DNA of 64,000 nucleotides, from assembly GCA_963662545.2 (NCBI GenBank), contig CAXXLL010000002.1, positions 736,001 through 800,000 on the forward strand, given 5' to 3'. Below the pieces are notes generated by a model. It was given only the letters and a program-made list of their open reading frames with translations, was not told the DNA's origin and did no database searches. Within the stretch, counting starts at the first letter, position 1, and every line of letters starts with the position of its first letter. This stretch comes from Gammaproteobacteria bacterium. Lineage in GTDB: Bacteria; Pseudomonadota; Gammaproteobacteria; Ga0077536. Positions 10,094 through 19,122 of the stretch are shown piece after piece. A program made the position numbers and the translations under genes.

Positions 10094-12668
10094 GTGCCAT
10101 TGAGAGACTGTGCCCGCTACTGGTTCCTGCCTCGCATCCTCGCGCTACTTTTTGTATCGGCGGCGATCTCTGAGGCAGTGTCGGCGCAAACCGATGAATT
10201 AGATCAAGTCCGCAATCTGCTACTCGTTTCCGAAGCCACCTCGGTTGCCCGGGACCTGAGCGTTTCCGACGACATGTTCGATCAAATAGCGGCTGTCGCG
10301 GTGCTGGCCGACGTCGGTGATAAGGCGGCGATCGAGTTTCTCGCCGCTGGGCTTGAGTCTACGGATTTCCTCTACCAACGTGCTGTGGTCGACACACTAT
10401 TGAGTCTGCGCAGCGCAGACGGTGTCGAAGTCTTACGTCGCTATATGGAGGCCGCTGAGGACCTGGGCTTTTTGCGCTATCTGATGGAATCGCTTGCCTC
10501 CCATCCGCTCCCGGTAATGATAAGTTTTCTGGGTCTACGCGGAAACGTGTGGGTTGATATTGGCATTTCTGGGTAGTGGCGGAAGAAATGCCGCAATGAT
10601 TTTCAGTTTGAGGAATTCCTCATCACGATAGCCATAGGCGCGTCGTTGCAGGACCCGGATTTTGTTGTTGACCCCTTCGACCAATCCAAGACTGACTTTA
10701 TTCTTAGCATCACAATAGGAAGCAATGCCATCCCAATGGGATTCAATCAGCTCAGCAAACTTGCGATACGGCGCCAATCGCTGCCATTTCAGACTGTCCT
10801 TCCAGCGCTCGAAAAAGGCACGCGCGCCGCGCTCGGTACGGTAGTCCCAGAGTTGGCCGAAGGTTTCCTTGAGGACGTAGGCGGTGTTCAGACGCCGGTT
10901 GGCCTGGAGCAGTTTTTTCAGGGCTCGTCTGCCATCCAGATTCAGGTTCTCGCGTCGCGAGAGCAAGGTATATCGCTGGCCTTTGATGTAACTCCTGTCC
11001 TTGCCGCGGAGACGTTTGTATTCACGGCGCCGGACTTCATCGAGAGCCTTTGAGAGGTGGCGCATGATATGGAACTTGTCATAGATGATCCGCGCCTGCG
11101 GTGCGTTGTTCATGACCGAGTTACGGAACGGCTTCCACATGTCCATCGCCGCCAGTTCGATGCGAGCGCTCTTGTTCTCGCCCAATGCCTGGAAAAACAG
11201 GTCGATGTCAGCCTCTTTGCGACCTTCACCACCGACCCAGATAGGACGCCCCCGATCCAGGTCACTGACGATGACCCGGTAGTTATGTCCTTTGCGGATG
11301 GAGATCTCATCAATACCGATGGCCCGGGGTGCTGGCATGCCCGCCAGCTCAACCTGCTTTTGCATGTACAGCTTATCGAGGTCTTTCACCGTGCTGTGGT
11401 GCAGGCGTTCCCTCTCGGCGACAGCCTGGTTCGGCATGTCCCGGCACAGCTTGCCCACCTGCATGGCAAAGCGCTGCGTATAGCGAGGGTTCTTTGCCAG
11501 CCAGTCAAGATGTTCTACCTGCACGCCGCCGCACCTCCGGCAACTGACACGCCAGCGTTCGAACTCCAGGTAGATTCGCCATCCGGCAACTGACAGGTCT
11601 CGTACTCGCAGCACCTTCTTGTCGTAACGCCCGCGGCACCGGTGAGCACAGTGAGAACAGATCGCTGTTTTTTTCGCCTCTTGAGTTGGATCACACGGGC
11701 ATACCGATCACCAAACATGCCCACCAATTTCGATGCGGCGGTAAAACCAGGGAACGCAAACAGCGCTCGGATCGACTTGGGATTCTTCATGGCCTTAGCC
11801 TACCCACAAAATGAAACCACTTTCACCCCATACGAAATCTCTGAATGTCTACATGATTTCAATGGTTTACACTTGGTCTAATTCAGAATTTACCCACATG
11901 AATCCGCGTAGACCCAGTTTTCTTATAGAGGCGCTCGACCATTATGACCCAGTGGTTAAAAAGTTCGCCCTGCAATCGCTCTCTCAGTTACATTTTGAGA
12001 ACCACGACTCACGAATTCACCTACTGGCGAGCGATGCCGGAGAAATCGTGCAGGTGCGGGCATACGCCTGGAATGTATTACTGGATTCGCCACATCGGCG
12101 AGAGTCGATCGAACGCCTGCTGGAAATGTCTCGGCTTGGAAGTCCCGAAGCAAAGGAAGTCGTGGCAGTGGCGCTCGGCCGTGTTGACACACCACGAACT
12201 CGCGAAGCATTGGTTGAGTTGATGTCGAGTAACGACAACCGCGTAGCGCTTGCTGCGCTTACAAGTTCTGCCGGGTTGCGGGATGAGGCAGCAGCGCGTG
12301 AGCTCGAATGGACCATCGTTTACGGTGATGGACTTCATCGTGCTGCCGCGGCTGGCGGACTAAAGCGTATCGACCCGGCGGTCGCCTCGCGTGTTACCGA
12401 GAACCTAATGTCCTGTTACCTGCTTGGTCCGTTCACGGGGATGCGCCTTGTCGAAGCGTGGGCCATGATCGATGCCGACCCAAGCACCGTATATGGTTGG
12501 GGTTTGTCCCACGAAGACGAAGGAGTTCGCATGCAGAGCATTTGGTTAATAGGTCAACGTCGCGATGTAGAATACTTAGAACGAGTTGCTGCCTTCCTCC
12601 GCGATCCGAGTCCTGCCATCCGAGGCCTCGCGGCGTGGGCGGTGTTGCGCCTGGCTAGAGGGCCATAG
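10094..12668 (+). pseudogene. Secreted HEAT-repeat protein interrupted by ISL3
   Basis: Removing the IS and one target copy joins 10094-10530 to 11924-12668 in frame (MISF-LIEALD), 393 aa with HEAT-like repeats (VALGR, LRDPSPAIRGLAAWA). Confidence 0.85.
10531..11915 (-). mobile_element. ISL3-family IS, copy 2 (1385 bp)
   Basis: Same ends and same ORF translations as copy 1; 8-bp target duplication AGTTTTCT. Confidence 0.95.
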
Positions 12669-12764
12669 CTTATCTAGCCTGTTACCAAAACCCCTGTGAC
12701 GCTCCCGAATGGACCGATTGCTGGCGCTGGCGGCCTAACGCCCACACAAACCGCCATTGGCGTA

Positions 12765-12839
12765 AAAAGGGGCAAGCACTTATTTTTGTCCGTTCCTATA
12801 TCTTCAAAAGGCAAAGAGGAAATAAGTGCGTCGCCTTTT
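12765..12839. repeat. REP-like inverted pair
   Basis: aaaaggggcaagcacttattt ... aaataagtgcgtcgcctttt. Confidence 0.5.
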
Positions 12840-12862
12840 GGGTGCTGCCGCGAATACGTAAA

Positions 12863-12947
12863 GGGCCGCTATATTGGGTCCATAGCCGCCTCATCGCTAC
12901 AGTGCAGCACCGTTCCAAATCACGTCTGCAATGCGCTCGTAAGCGGT
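12863..12947. repeat. Hairpin repeat family A, copy 7
   Basis: gggtccatagccgcctcatcgctacagtgcagcac...cacgtctgcaatg...aagcggt. Confidence 0.7.
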
Positions 12948-13053
12948 TGTCGAATTGCTTCAAGCGTTAAGTCGAGAGGGTATGACGGTTTTCGGCCACA
13001 AGCAGTCCTTCGAAAATCGCCTGCCCAGCATCGGTACACGGTGAGAAAAAGGG

Positions 13054-13114
13054 AAAGGTGCCAGGTTTATTTAGAGCGGTTCGCTAACTACCAAAAATAA
13101 ACCTGATGCCCTTT
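13054..13114. repeat. REP-like inverted pair
   Basis: aaaggtgccaggtttattt ... aaataaacctgatgcccttt. Confidence 0.5.
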
Positions 13115-13137
13115 TCTCAAAACGAGGAAGTCATAAA

Positions 13138-13587
13138 ATGTCAGATAGGGATCAAATATTGAGTTTGCTAAACAAATACAGCCACACCGTAGATGGCGGT
13201 GACATAGATGGGTTTGTCGCGTTATTCGAAAAGGGCGAATGGTACGTCGAAGGCTCTACTCCGAATCGCGGTTCGAAGGAAATTTACGATAACGTCCTGT
13301 CGAAAGTCATTATTTACAAGTGCGGGACGCCCAGAACGAGGCACGTGAATACGAACATCGAATTGTCGATCGATGAAAGCGCGGGTACTGCAAAAGGTCA
13401 ACGTTACGTGACAGTCCTCCAACAAACGGATTCACTTCCTCTTCAACCGATATTTTCAGGGCACTATTTTGACGAGTTCGTTAAAGAAGATGGGAACTGG
13501 CGTTTCGCAAAGACAACCATCCATCGTCCCATGGTTGGCGATATGAGCCAACACCTCACGAATGATGAGTTTATTGACCCGAATTAG
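13138..13587 (+). CDS. SnoaL-like/NTF2 protein
   Basis: YSHTVDGGD, GTPRTRHVNTN, SGHYFDEFVKEDGNWRF. Confidence 0.85.
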   Translation: MSDRDQILSLLNKYSHTVDGGDIDGFVALFEKGEWYVEGSTPNRGSKEIYDNVLSKVIIYKCGTPRTRHVNTNIELSIDESAGTAKGQRYVTVLQQTDSLPLQPIFSGHYFDEFVKEDGNWRFAKTTIHRPMVGDMSQHLTNDEFIDPN

Positions 13588-13601
13588 CGAAAAATAAACG
13601 C

Positions 13602-13675
13602 GGCTAACAAACCAATGAGCCCGACGCTTGACCTGTCGGTGGCGAATTAGATGTTCAAGGGGTCTGACCCCTTGA
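13602..13675 (+). repeat. Shortened attC-like site followed by a GGGGTC-T-GACCCC palindrome
   Basis: GGCTAAC...ccgacgcttgacc...ATTAGAT; tcaaggggtc-t-gaccccttga at 13655-13675. Confidence 0.5.
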
Positions 13676-13719
13676 TTAGCAGCTCATCGTGCCGCGATGA
13701 ATTCTCCTGTATTGACGTC

Positions 13720-14313
13720 CTAGCTGGCCTTCTTGAGTAGGCTGCGGTTCATCTCGAGGTATTCGGGAGGGGGCTTGAGGCCGATCGCCTGTGCCATGCG
13801 GTTAGCGCTCGCGTAAAAACAGGCAGTCGAAGTGACGCTCCAGATGGCTTCGTCGTCGAAGCCTGCATCTCTCATCGTCTGACGGTCGTCGTCGTCGATG
13901 GATTCCGCGTGCTTCAACACCTTGACGACGTAATCGAGCATTGCACGGTGCCGCTGGGAGAGATCGGCGAGCGCGTAGTTTCTCGACAGGTACTCGGTAA
14001 ACATCGTATCCCCGGTTTTTTCGCGTAGCAAGGCGCCGTGATGCGTGGTGCAATAGAAACAACCGTTGGTCGCTGCGCACACCAGCGCGATCATTTCGTG
14101 TTCCAGCTCGCTGAGCCCTGAGTCCGCGCGAAGCACCTCTTTATACGAGGTCATGAATGCCCGCAAGCGCTGGTTGTCGGTCTTGAAGAACTTCAGGAAG
14201 TTGGGCATGAATCCGTAGTTCTTCTCGATGCCCTTGACCAGCGCGGTCATCTCTTCGTCGAGATTGTCGCGATCCTTGATATCGAGCGCATAGGGTCGTT
14301 CTTCGTTGGACAT
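13720..14313 (-). CDS. AhpD/CMD-family peroxidase-related enzyme
   Basis: GFMPN, EMIALVCAATNGCFYCTTHH (E-x-CxxC-xx-H motif). Confidence 0.88.
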   Translation of the reverse strand: MSNEERPYALDIKDRDNLDEEMTALVKGIEKNYGFMPNFLKFFKTDNQRLRAFMTSYKEVLRADSGLSELEHEMIALVCAATNGCFYCTTHHGALLREKTGDTMFTEYLSRNYALADLSQRHRAMLDYVVKVLKHAESIDDDDRQTMRDAGFDDEAIWSVTSTACFYASANRMAQAIGLKPPPEYLEMNRSLLKKAS

Positions 14314-14452
14314 GATTGAGCTCTCCTGGATCGGTGTGGTGGCCGGTTCGCGCCACGGGTATCTATCTGCAATGCTAATTCGCGCGCGCTCGCTGATCTA
14401 CTACTAGTGAGCCTGCCCGTGGCCGCCGCGCGGCAATCGGGACGGCAGCCCG

Positions 14453-14565
14453 CAACGAGGCCCGGTTCAGACGCATGGCGCTGGTCGCGCCCGCCGGTAT
14501 CCCCCCGCCGGAGGGCGACATCCTGGATATGTACGTGGGCCCTTCCGAGCGCTACCACAGGTGCG
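14453..14565 (+). pseudogene. Alpha/beta-hydrolase-like gene fragment
   Basis: Frame reads RFRRMALVAPAGIPPPEGDILDMY with no start context or remainder. Confidence 0.35.
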
Positions 14566-14629
14566 CAACCAGCACGGGGAACTCGTGATGGTGTTTACAC
14601 CCTTGCGTATGATCAAAGCCAGCGCTTAA

Positions 14630-14791
14630 GGGACCTCTGAATAAGTCATGGTGCGTCTGAATGGTTCATGCGATGGTCCAGATCAAGACACGAGTCGCCG
14701 GCCATAGTGGGGACTATGGGTAAGGTTCGTAACGTAAGGCTCCGCGATTTCATGGGCAAGGCAGATGGGCCATGACTTTTTCAGAGGTTCT
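14630..14791. mobile_element. 162-bp MITE (IS5-like ends), copy 1
   Basis: gggacctctgaataagtcatgg ... ccatgactttttcagaggttct flanked by TTAA on both sides; homologous to 54335 and 56607. Confidence 0.85.
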
Positions 14792-14938
14792 TTAAAGCAT
14801 CACCTGCTTGAGCGAGACTGGTCGTTGAATTTGCATCGGCGCCACCAAATCCCATTGGATAAATTCGCCAACGCCGTGCGCATCGCCCAGATGATCGGGA
14901 ATTTCCGTTTCTACGTTATTTCCCCCAATTTCGTCTGA

Positions 14939-15565
14939 TTACGCGCTCCGAGTGGTCTTCGGCGAGAAAAAGTAGGCGCCTGCGCCTAGCACGACCACCG
15001 CCAACACCCACTTCAGGGGTCCCCACCAGTTCACCACGCCCACCGAAAACGGAAATACCGAGACATATTCGCGGCCGGTACCGGGATCAACGGCACTCAA
15101 TACACCGATGAACGAACCGGCGGTGTCGAATTTCAAGCTCACGTCGAAATTCCCATTGGGGTAGCGCTGAGACGGGCGGTAAGCGACGGTAGCCGATTCG
15201 ATATCTTCGATCGAACCGAGATCGGTATAAGTGGCGGTAACCCCAATGTTGTTTACGTCACGTAGGATGCGAAAATCAACCGGCATGTCGCGCAATGCCT
15301 GGCTGACGAAATCGAGGACGATAATGGCATCGGCGACGACCGGAATATCTTCGCAAAATTCTTTTGCGCCCCTGACTTTCGGTTGATACCCAGTGAAATG
15401 GGCACGGTAGGGACCGATGCTCATAATGCACCGATCGTCCTCGATCGACACACCGCCGTGCGCATCACCGCGTGTCGGTGCGATCGCGAGTAAAACGAGG
15501 CAACCCAGCATCAAGCGCGAGATGAGTTTATGCGGGTTAGCCTCTAGGTTGGAATCATGCGGCAT
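14939..15565 (-). CDS. pmoD: PmoD/AmoD-family copper-binding accessory protein
   Basis: Signal peptide then HGGVSIEDDRC...HFTGYQP...EFCEDIP and a C-terminal TM anchor; directly downstream of the B subunit. Confidence 0.85.
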   Translation of the reverse strand: MPHDSNLEANPHKLISRLMLGCLVLLAIAPTRGDAHGGVSIEDDRCIMSIGPYRAHFTGYQPKVRGAKEFCEDIPVVADAIIVLDFVSQALRDMPVDFRILRDVNNIGVTATYTDLGSIEDIESATVAYRPSQRYPNGNFDVSLKFDTAGSFIGVLSAVDPGTGREYVSVFPFSVGVVNWWGPLKWVLAVVVLGAGAYFFSPKTTRSA

Positions 15566-15693
15566 ATTGCTGGTCGGCGTTTGCACGATGAGCCGGGGGG
15601 GCGCAGGAAAGCGCATGCCATAGCGATCTTTTGACAGCAACCGTAAAGCATTCCGAAGTCAGGCGCGCCAGCCCGATAATACCGAGGCACCGA

Positions 15694-16923
15694 TTACTCG
15701 AATACCGGAATCAGCGATCCAGCGACTTCGACAATTTCGCGACTGCCGTCGTCACCGTAGAAGAACAGCAACCCGGCGATGACGCTATCGGGATCGTTAA
15801 TCATGCGGGTCAGACGCTGGGTCTCCCATAAAGCATCTTCGGCAAACACCTCGACGCTTTTTGTTTCGCCGGGCGCAATGCCATCATTCACCACCCGCAG
15901 TCCCGCACTCGCGATCAAGTCATGTTCGTCTAACGGTGTGACCGTTCGCACAGCCGGATTGATAAATCGAATGTTTGCCGTCATGAACTCGCCGACGTAA
16001 AGGGTCGCCGGCCCGTTATTCATCACTAAAAGCTCCATTCTGAAGCTGCGGCCGGGAATACGGTAAGTGGCTTTCTCGACCTGCACGTTGACCTTAGATA
16101 CGGGATAAGGTTTGTCGGCCGGTATACTGATCTTAGACGTTCGCAGAGGAATGGTGACGGGAGCCGCGCGCTCGCCCCACATAAAACCCGCGACGATAAT
16201 CAACAACGTGACGGTAATAAACCCGACGGCAACCTTTACATCCCCGTCGGTAATCAGGTCGTCCCCGTCTCCGCCTTTATTCTCGGCTTCCGTTACCGCG
16301 CGAAGACGCGGAACGAGCAACGGACGCTGTCGCAGCCAATAAAAAAGCCACGCCCCGCCGATGACTATCCAAATCAAATGCCAAGCAGCAATCGTGCCCA
16401 GATTGAATCTTTCCAAATCGACTTCGCGCCCGAACATCGTCTCCACCTTGTTCTCGAAATCGTCAAACGAACCGCTTACCTCGACCCAGCGTCCAGGTCC
16501 GGCCAGGGTACCGGCATCCTTGACATTGAGCACCGGATGTACGTGGAAACGTCCCGGCTTGCGGGCCTTTAGTTCGATTGCGAAGCTATAATCCTTGCCC
16601 TGTTCGAGCGAGGTGGACTGCACGGCGCTGATGCCGTCGATATTGGACGATACCCGTACGAAATTCGGTCCCCCGGTCGACACGTTCAAGAATACCCGGT
16701 CCTCAACCGACGGGATCTGCTCCGGCCAATAGCTCGATACGCGTAGGCGTCCCTTAATCTTTACGACTTCTCCAATCGCAACCGTGGGCGGCCCAATTTT
16801 AACGTCATACCAGTTGATGGTGCGCATGCGGGTGGTGGCCTGCATCGCGCGCTCACCGTGCGCGAGCCCCTCCAGCGGCACAAAAACCAGCAAGAACAAC
16901 AGTGCTGCTGCTCGGATCAACAT
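15694..16923 (-). CDS. pmoB: Copper membrane monooxygenase subunit B (PmoB/AmoB family)
   Basis: Signal peptide then HGERAMQATTRMRTINWYD; GRFHVHP (CuB His ligands); ATYRIPGRS; WETQRL...DPDS..AGLLFF. Confidence 0.95.
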   Translation of the reverse strand: MLIRAAALLFLLVFVPLEGLAHGERAMQATTRMRTINWYDVKIGPPTVAIGEVVKIKGRLRVSSYWPEQIPSVEDRVFLNVSTGGPNFVRVSSNIDGISAVQSTSLEQGKDYSFAIELKARKPGRFHVHPVLNVKDAGTLAGPGRWVEVSGSFDDFENKVETMFGREVDLERFNLGTIAAWHLIWIVIGGAWLFYWLRQRPLLVPRLRAVTEAENKGGDGDDLITDGDVKVAVGFITVTLLIIVAGFMWGERAAPVTIPLRTSKISIPADKPYPVSKVNVQVEKATYRIPGRSFRMELLVMNNGPATLYVGEFMTANIRFINPAVRTVTPLDEHDLIASAGLRVVNDGIAPGETKSVEVFAEDALWETQRLTRMINDPDSVIAGLLFFYGDDGSREIVEVAGSLIPVFE

Positions 16924-16955
16924 ATGCCAACCAAGTTAAGACAGTTATTACGGAT

Positions 16956-17690
16956 TCAGGCTTTCGTTATCCAGGTCTGCCTGTTAAGGATCGATCCGAA
17001 CGCCCACGACACATAAAAGACCAAGGTGCAGACGAAACCCGCGAAGACGGCCGTGAGCGGCGTGACCGCATCACCGAAAGTCCGCAATACTGATCGCTCC
17101 ACCAGGCGAATATATTCCGGTAAGCCGGTACGAATATATTCGTAACCGAGAAGGTCTGCCGTCGTCAGCATTTCCCCGTTGTAGTTGATGGGTTCATGGA
17201 AGGCGGCCAGCAACGGCCAGTTAACCGGGTAGACCAACAGCCCCCACAGAAACGCACCCGAGAGGCCGGTCAGGAAGACACTGCGCGTAATAAGCAGCGA
17301 GCAATCGATGAGGATGGCGAGCGGAATGAAGATTGACGGCCAGACAAAGCTCATCGGGTAGCCGGCGAACAGGTGGAAATTCAGGTAGACGCTGAACCAA
17401 CGCATGATCGTGTAGAGCAGCACAACGCCCGTGCAGCCGATGGGCAGCCTGAATCGGGACCAAAATGCAGCGGCGAGCCCGGCGGGAAAGACGAGCAGGG
17501 CCGCTACCGGTAACAGGGGCCAGAAGCGCCGGTCTTTCCAGTCGACCCAGAACTCCCAATCGCCGATCGTCACCGACATGACGAAAACCGTCGCACCCGC
17601 GACGGCAAACAGAATCACGGCGAACAACGCCAGATCGACGTTGCTCTCGAGGTATTCGGTGATTCTGGAACGCTCAGCTACCGTAGCCAC
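16956..17690 (-). CDS. pmoA: Copper membrane monooxygenase subunit A (PmoA/AmoA family)
   Basis: GDWEFWVDWKDRRFWP, FRLPIG, YPVNWP, ADLLGYEYIRTGLPEYIRLVER..LRTFG. Confidence 0.95.
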   Translation of the reverse strand: MATVAERSRITEYLESNVDLALFAVILFAVAGATVFVMSVTIGDWEFWVDWKDRRFWPLLPVAALLVFPAGLAAAFWSRFRLPIGCTGVVLLYTIMRWFSVYLNFHLFAGYPMSFVWPSIFIPLAILIDCSLLITRSVFLTGLSGAFLWGLLVYPVNWPLLAAFHEPINYNGEMLTTADLLGYEYIRTGLPEYIRLVERSVLRTFGDAVTPLTAVFAGFVCTLVFYVSWAFGSILNRQTWITKA

Positions 17691-17751
17691 AAAAGCCTTT
17701 TACCTCTCGATTCGCGCGTCTGGCGCCGGTCCCGGATACGGCCGACAGAAA

Positions 17752-18534
17752 TCAGGTCTTCGCAACGACCTCGTCGATCAATTCAGTCATGCGCGAGACG
17801 ACGTGTATCACCACGCCACCGAGACCCAGTAATGCGAGCCCCAAGATGGAAAAGCCCCAGTGAATCGACGCATTGAACGTTTCTTCGGCATAGAAGAAAG
17901 TATGGCCCCACTCGTTGTATCCGACGGTCGGCATGATCAGGATCGGGCCGCCGATAGCTATGACCAGCGCGAGCAAGTGCTTTTTATTGTGCATTGGCAG
18001 GCGTGTCTTCGCATACACAAACGACCCGACGCCCGTGATGATCAATGCCGGGATGAGAAGGTAGAAAAGTTCAATATGCGTCGGCGTGAAATCCGTGTCG
18101 CGAATCACCACCTGGTGCCACGCGGCGTCGCTCTCGGCGCCCATCACGCCCGTGATGAACACCACCAGGGTGTATGACGCGAGCCAGGTTATCCACTTGA
18201 AGTATCGGGACAGCTCGATTTCGGGTGTGACCGTATCCCAAGCCCGTTCTCGCGTTTGCCACAAATAGAGCACCACGCCGATCAAAACCACCACGGCGAT
18301 GCCGATCTGGGCGTATAACAACCGCATCCAGTAGACGGCGAATTCGGGTTCGAAATAATCGAGCCCGACCGAGAACGCGTAATTGTGCAGGTAGACGCGG
18401 TAGGCGAAATAGCCCAAGGCGATGCCTGCAATCACCTTGATATATGCGCCCCAGCGAATGACCACAGGGGCGGTCGCGTGCTCGCGGGTCACCGCGTGTT
18501 GATCAGAATCGATGGCGCCGGCAGTTACACTCAT
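17752..18534 (-). CDS. pmoC: Copper membrane monooxygenase subunit C (PmoC/AmoC family)
   Basis: GLDYFEPEF; ESDAAWHQ..IRDTDFTPTH (CuC D/H/H); NEWGHTF..EE.F...IHWGF (CuD N/H/H); AGGAG RBS. Confidence 0.95.
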   Translation of the reverse strand: MSVTAGAIDSDQHAVTREHATAPVVIRWGAYIKVIAGIALGYFAYRVYLHNYAFSVGLDYFEPEFAVYWMRLLYAQIGIAVVVLIGVVLYLWQTRERAWDTVTPEIELSRYFKWITWLASYTLVVFITGVMGAESDAAWHQVVIRDTDFTPTHIELFYLLIPALIITGVGSFVYAKTRLPMHNKKHLLALVIAIGGPILIMPTVGYNEWGHTFFYAEETFNASIHWGFSILGLALLGLGGVVIHVVSRMTELIDEVVAKT

Positions 18535-18799
18535 GATACTGGCTCCTGGTGCGGCATTGGCGGGGGCAATTTAATGATAATCTACTCAATATAATTGTGT
18601 GACAAGTATACGCACCAAACGGGCCGCAGAGCCAGATACTCAGGAGCGAAGGCTTGTTAATGTCATTGAGATACTAAACCGGACCGAACGCGCCGATTGC
18701 GGATAGCTCCGGCGCTGGTGATGCCTTTGGGTTCGATATGTTCTCGAGTGGGCGGGCGCGATCCCGCGCTCTGGGAATGGCGGGGTCCGCGTTTCGGCG

Positions 18800-19065
18800 C
18801 GCACACGAAATTCCTCACCGCCGGACGCTTTCCGACCGAGGCCTTGCTCAGGGTCGAGCGTGAAAATGCGATGCTGAGCCTGGAAGATGCTCATTGGCGT
18901 TTAGCCGCGCTGCCCGCGCAACTTGCCGGCGTGGCCGAGCGGGGCGTGCTGAACACCGGCGCGCCGGCCGACATCATCGTCTACGACTTGGAAAACCCGG
19001 CGATACTTCCCGCTGAAGTGGTGCACGATTTGTCCGGCGGGGAGTGGCGCCGGATCGCCGCGTAA
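18800..19065 (+). pseudogene. C-terminal fragment of an N-acyl-D-amino-acid deacylase-like gene
   Basis: VERENAMLSLEDAHWRL...RGVL..GAPADIIVYD...DLSGGEWRR resembles the C-terminus of 19947-21653. Confidence 0.65.
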
Positions 19066-19122
19066 GATCTCCGGGGCGGTCTCACTCGGGTGCTGATTTT
19101 CTGGTGAAACGGACAACGCATT

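Noticed and set aside
11811-11915. N-terminus MKPLSPHTKS of ORFs 11811-12668 and 7903-8307
   Set aside because: Derived from the IS end; the true N-terminus of the HEAT gene is at 10094.
6623-11915. Composite transposon formed by the two ISL3 copies
   Set aside because: Each copy has its own matching TSD, indicating independent insertions.
55-13010. Repeat family A as a CRISPR array
   Set aside because: Copies are degenerate, about 85 bp, and separated by kilobase gene-containing intervals; no cas genes are present.
14939-18534. Calling the host a methanotroph or ammonia oxidiser
   Set aside because: Substrate cannot be read from motifs, the subunits are divergent, and no downstream pathway genes are in the window; pmo symbols are used only as family labels.
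18560-18625. Promoter for xmoC (TTGTCA or a sigma54-like TGGTGC element on the minus strand)
   Set aside because: The region is AT-rich and plausible, but spacing to a -10 or -12 element is off consensus.
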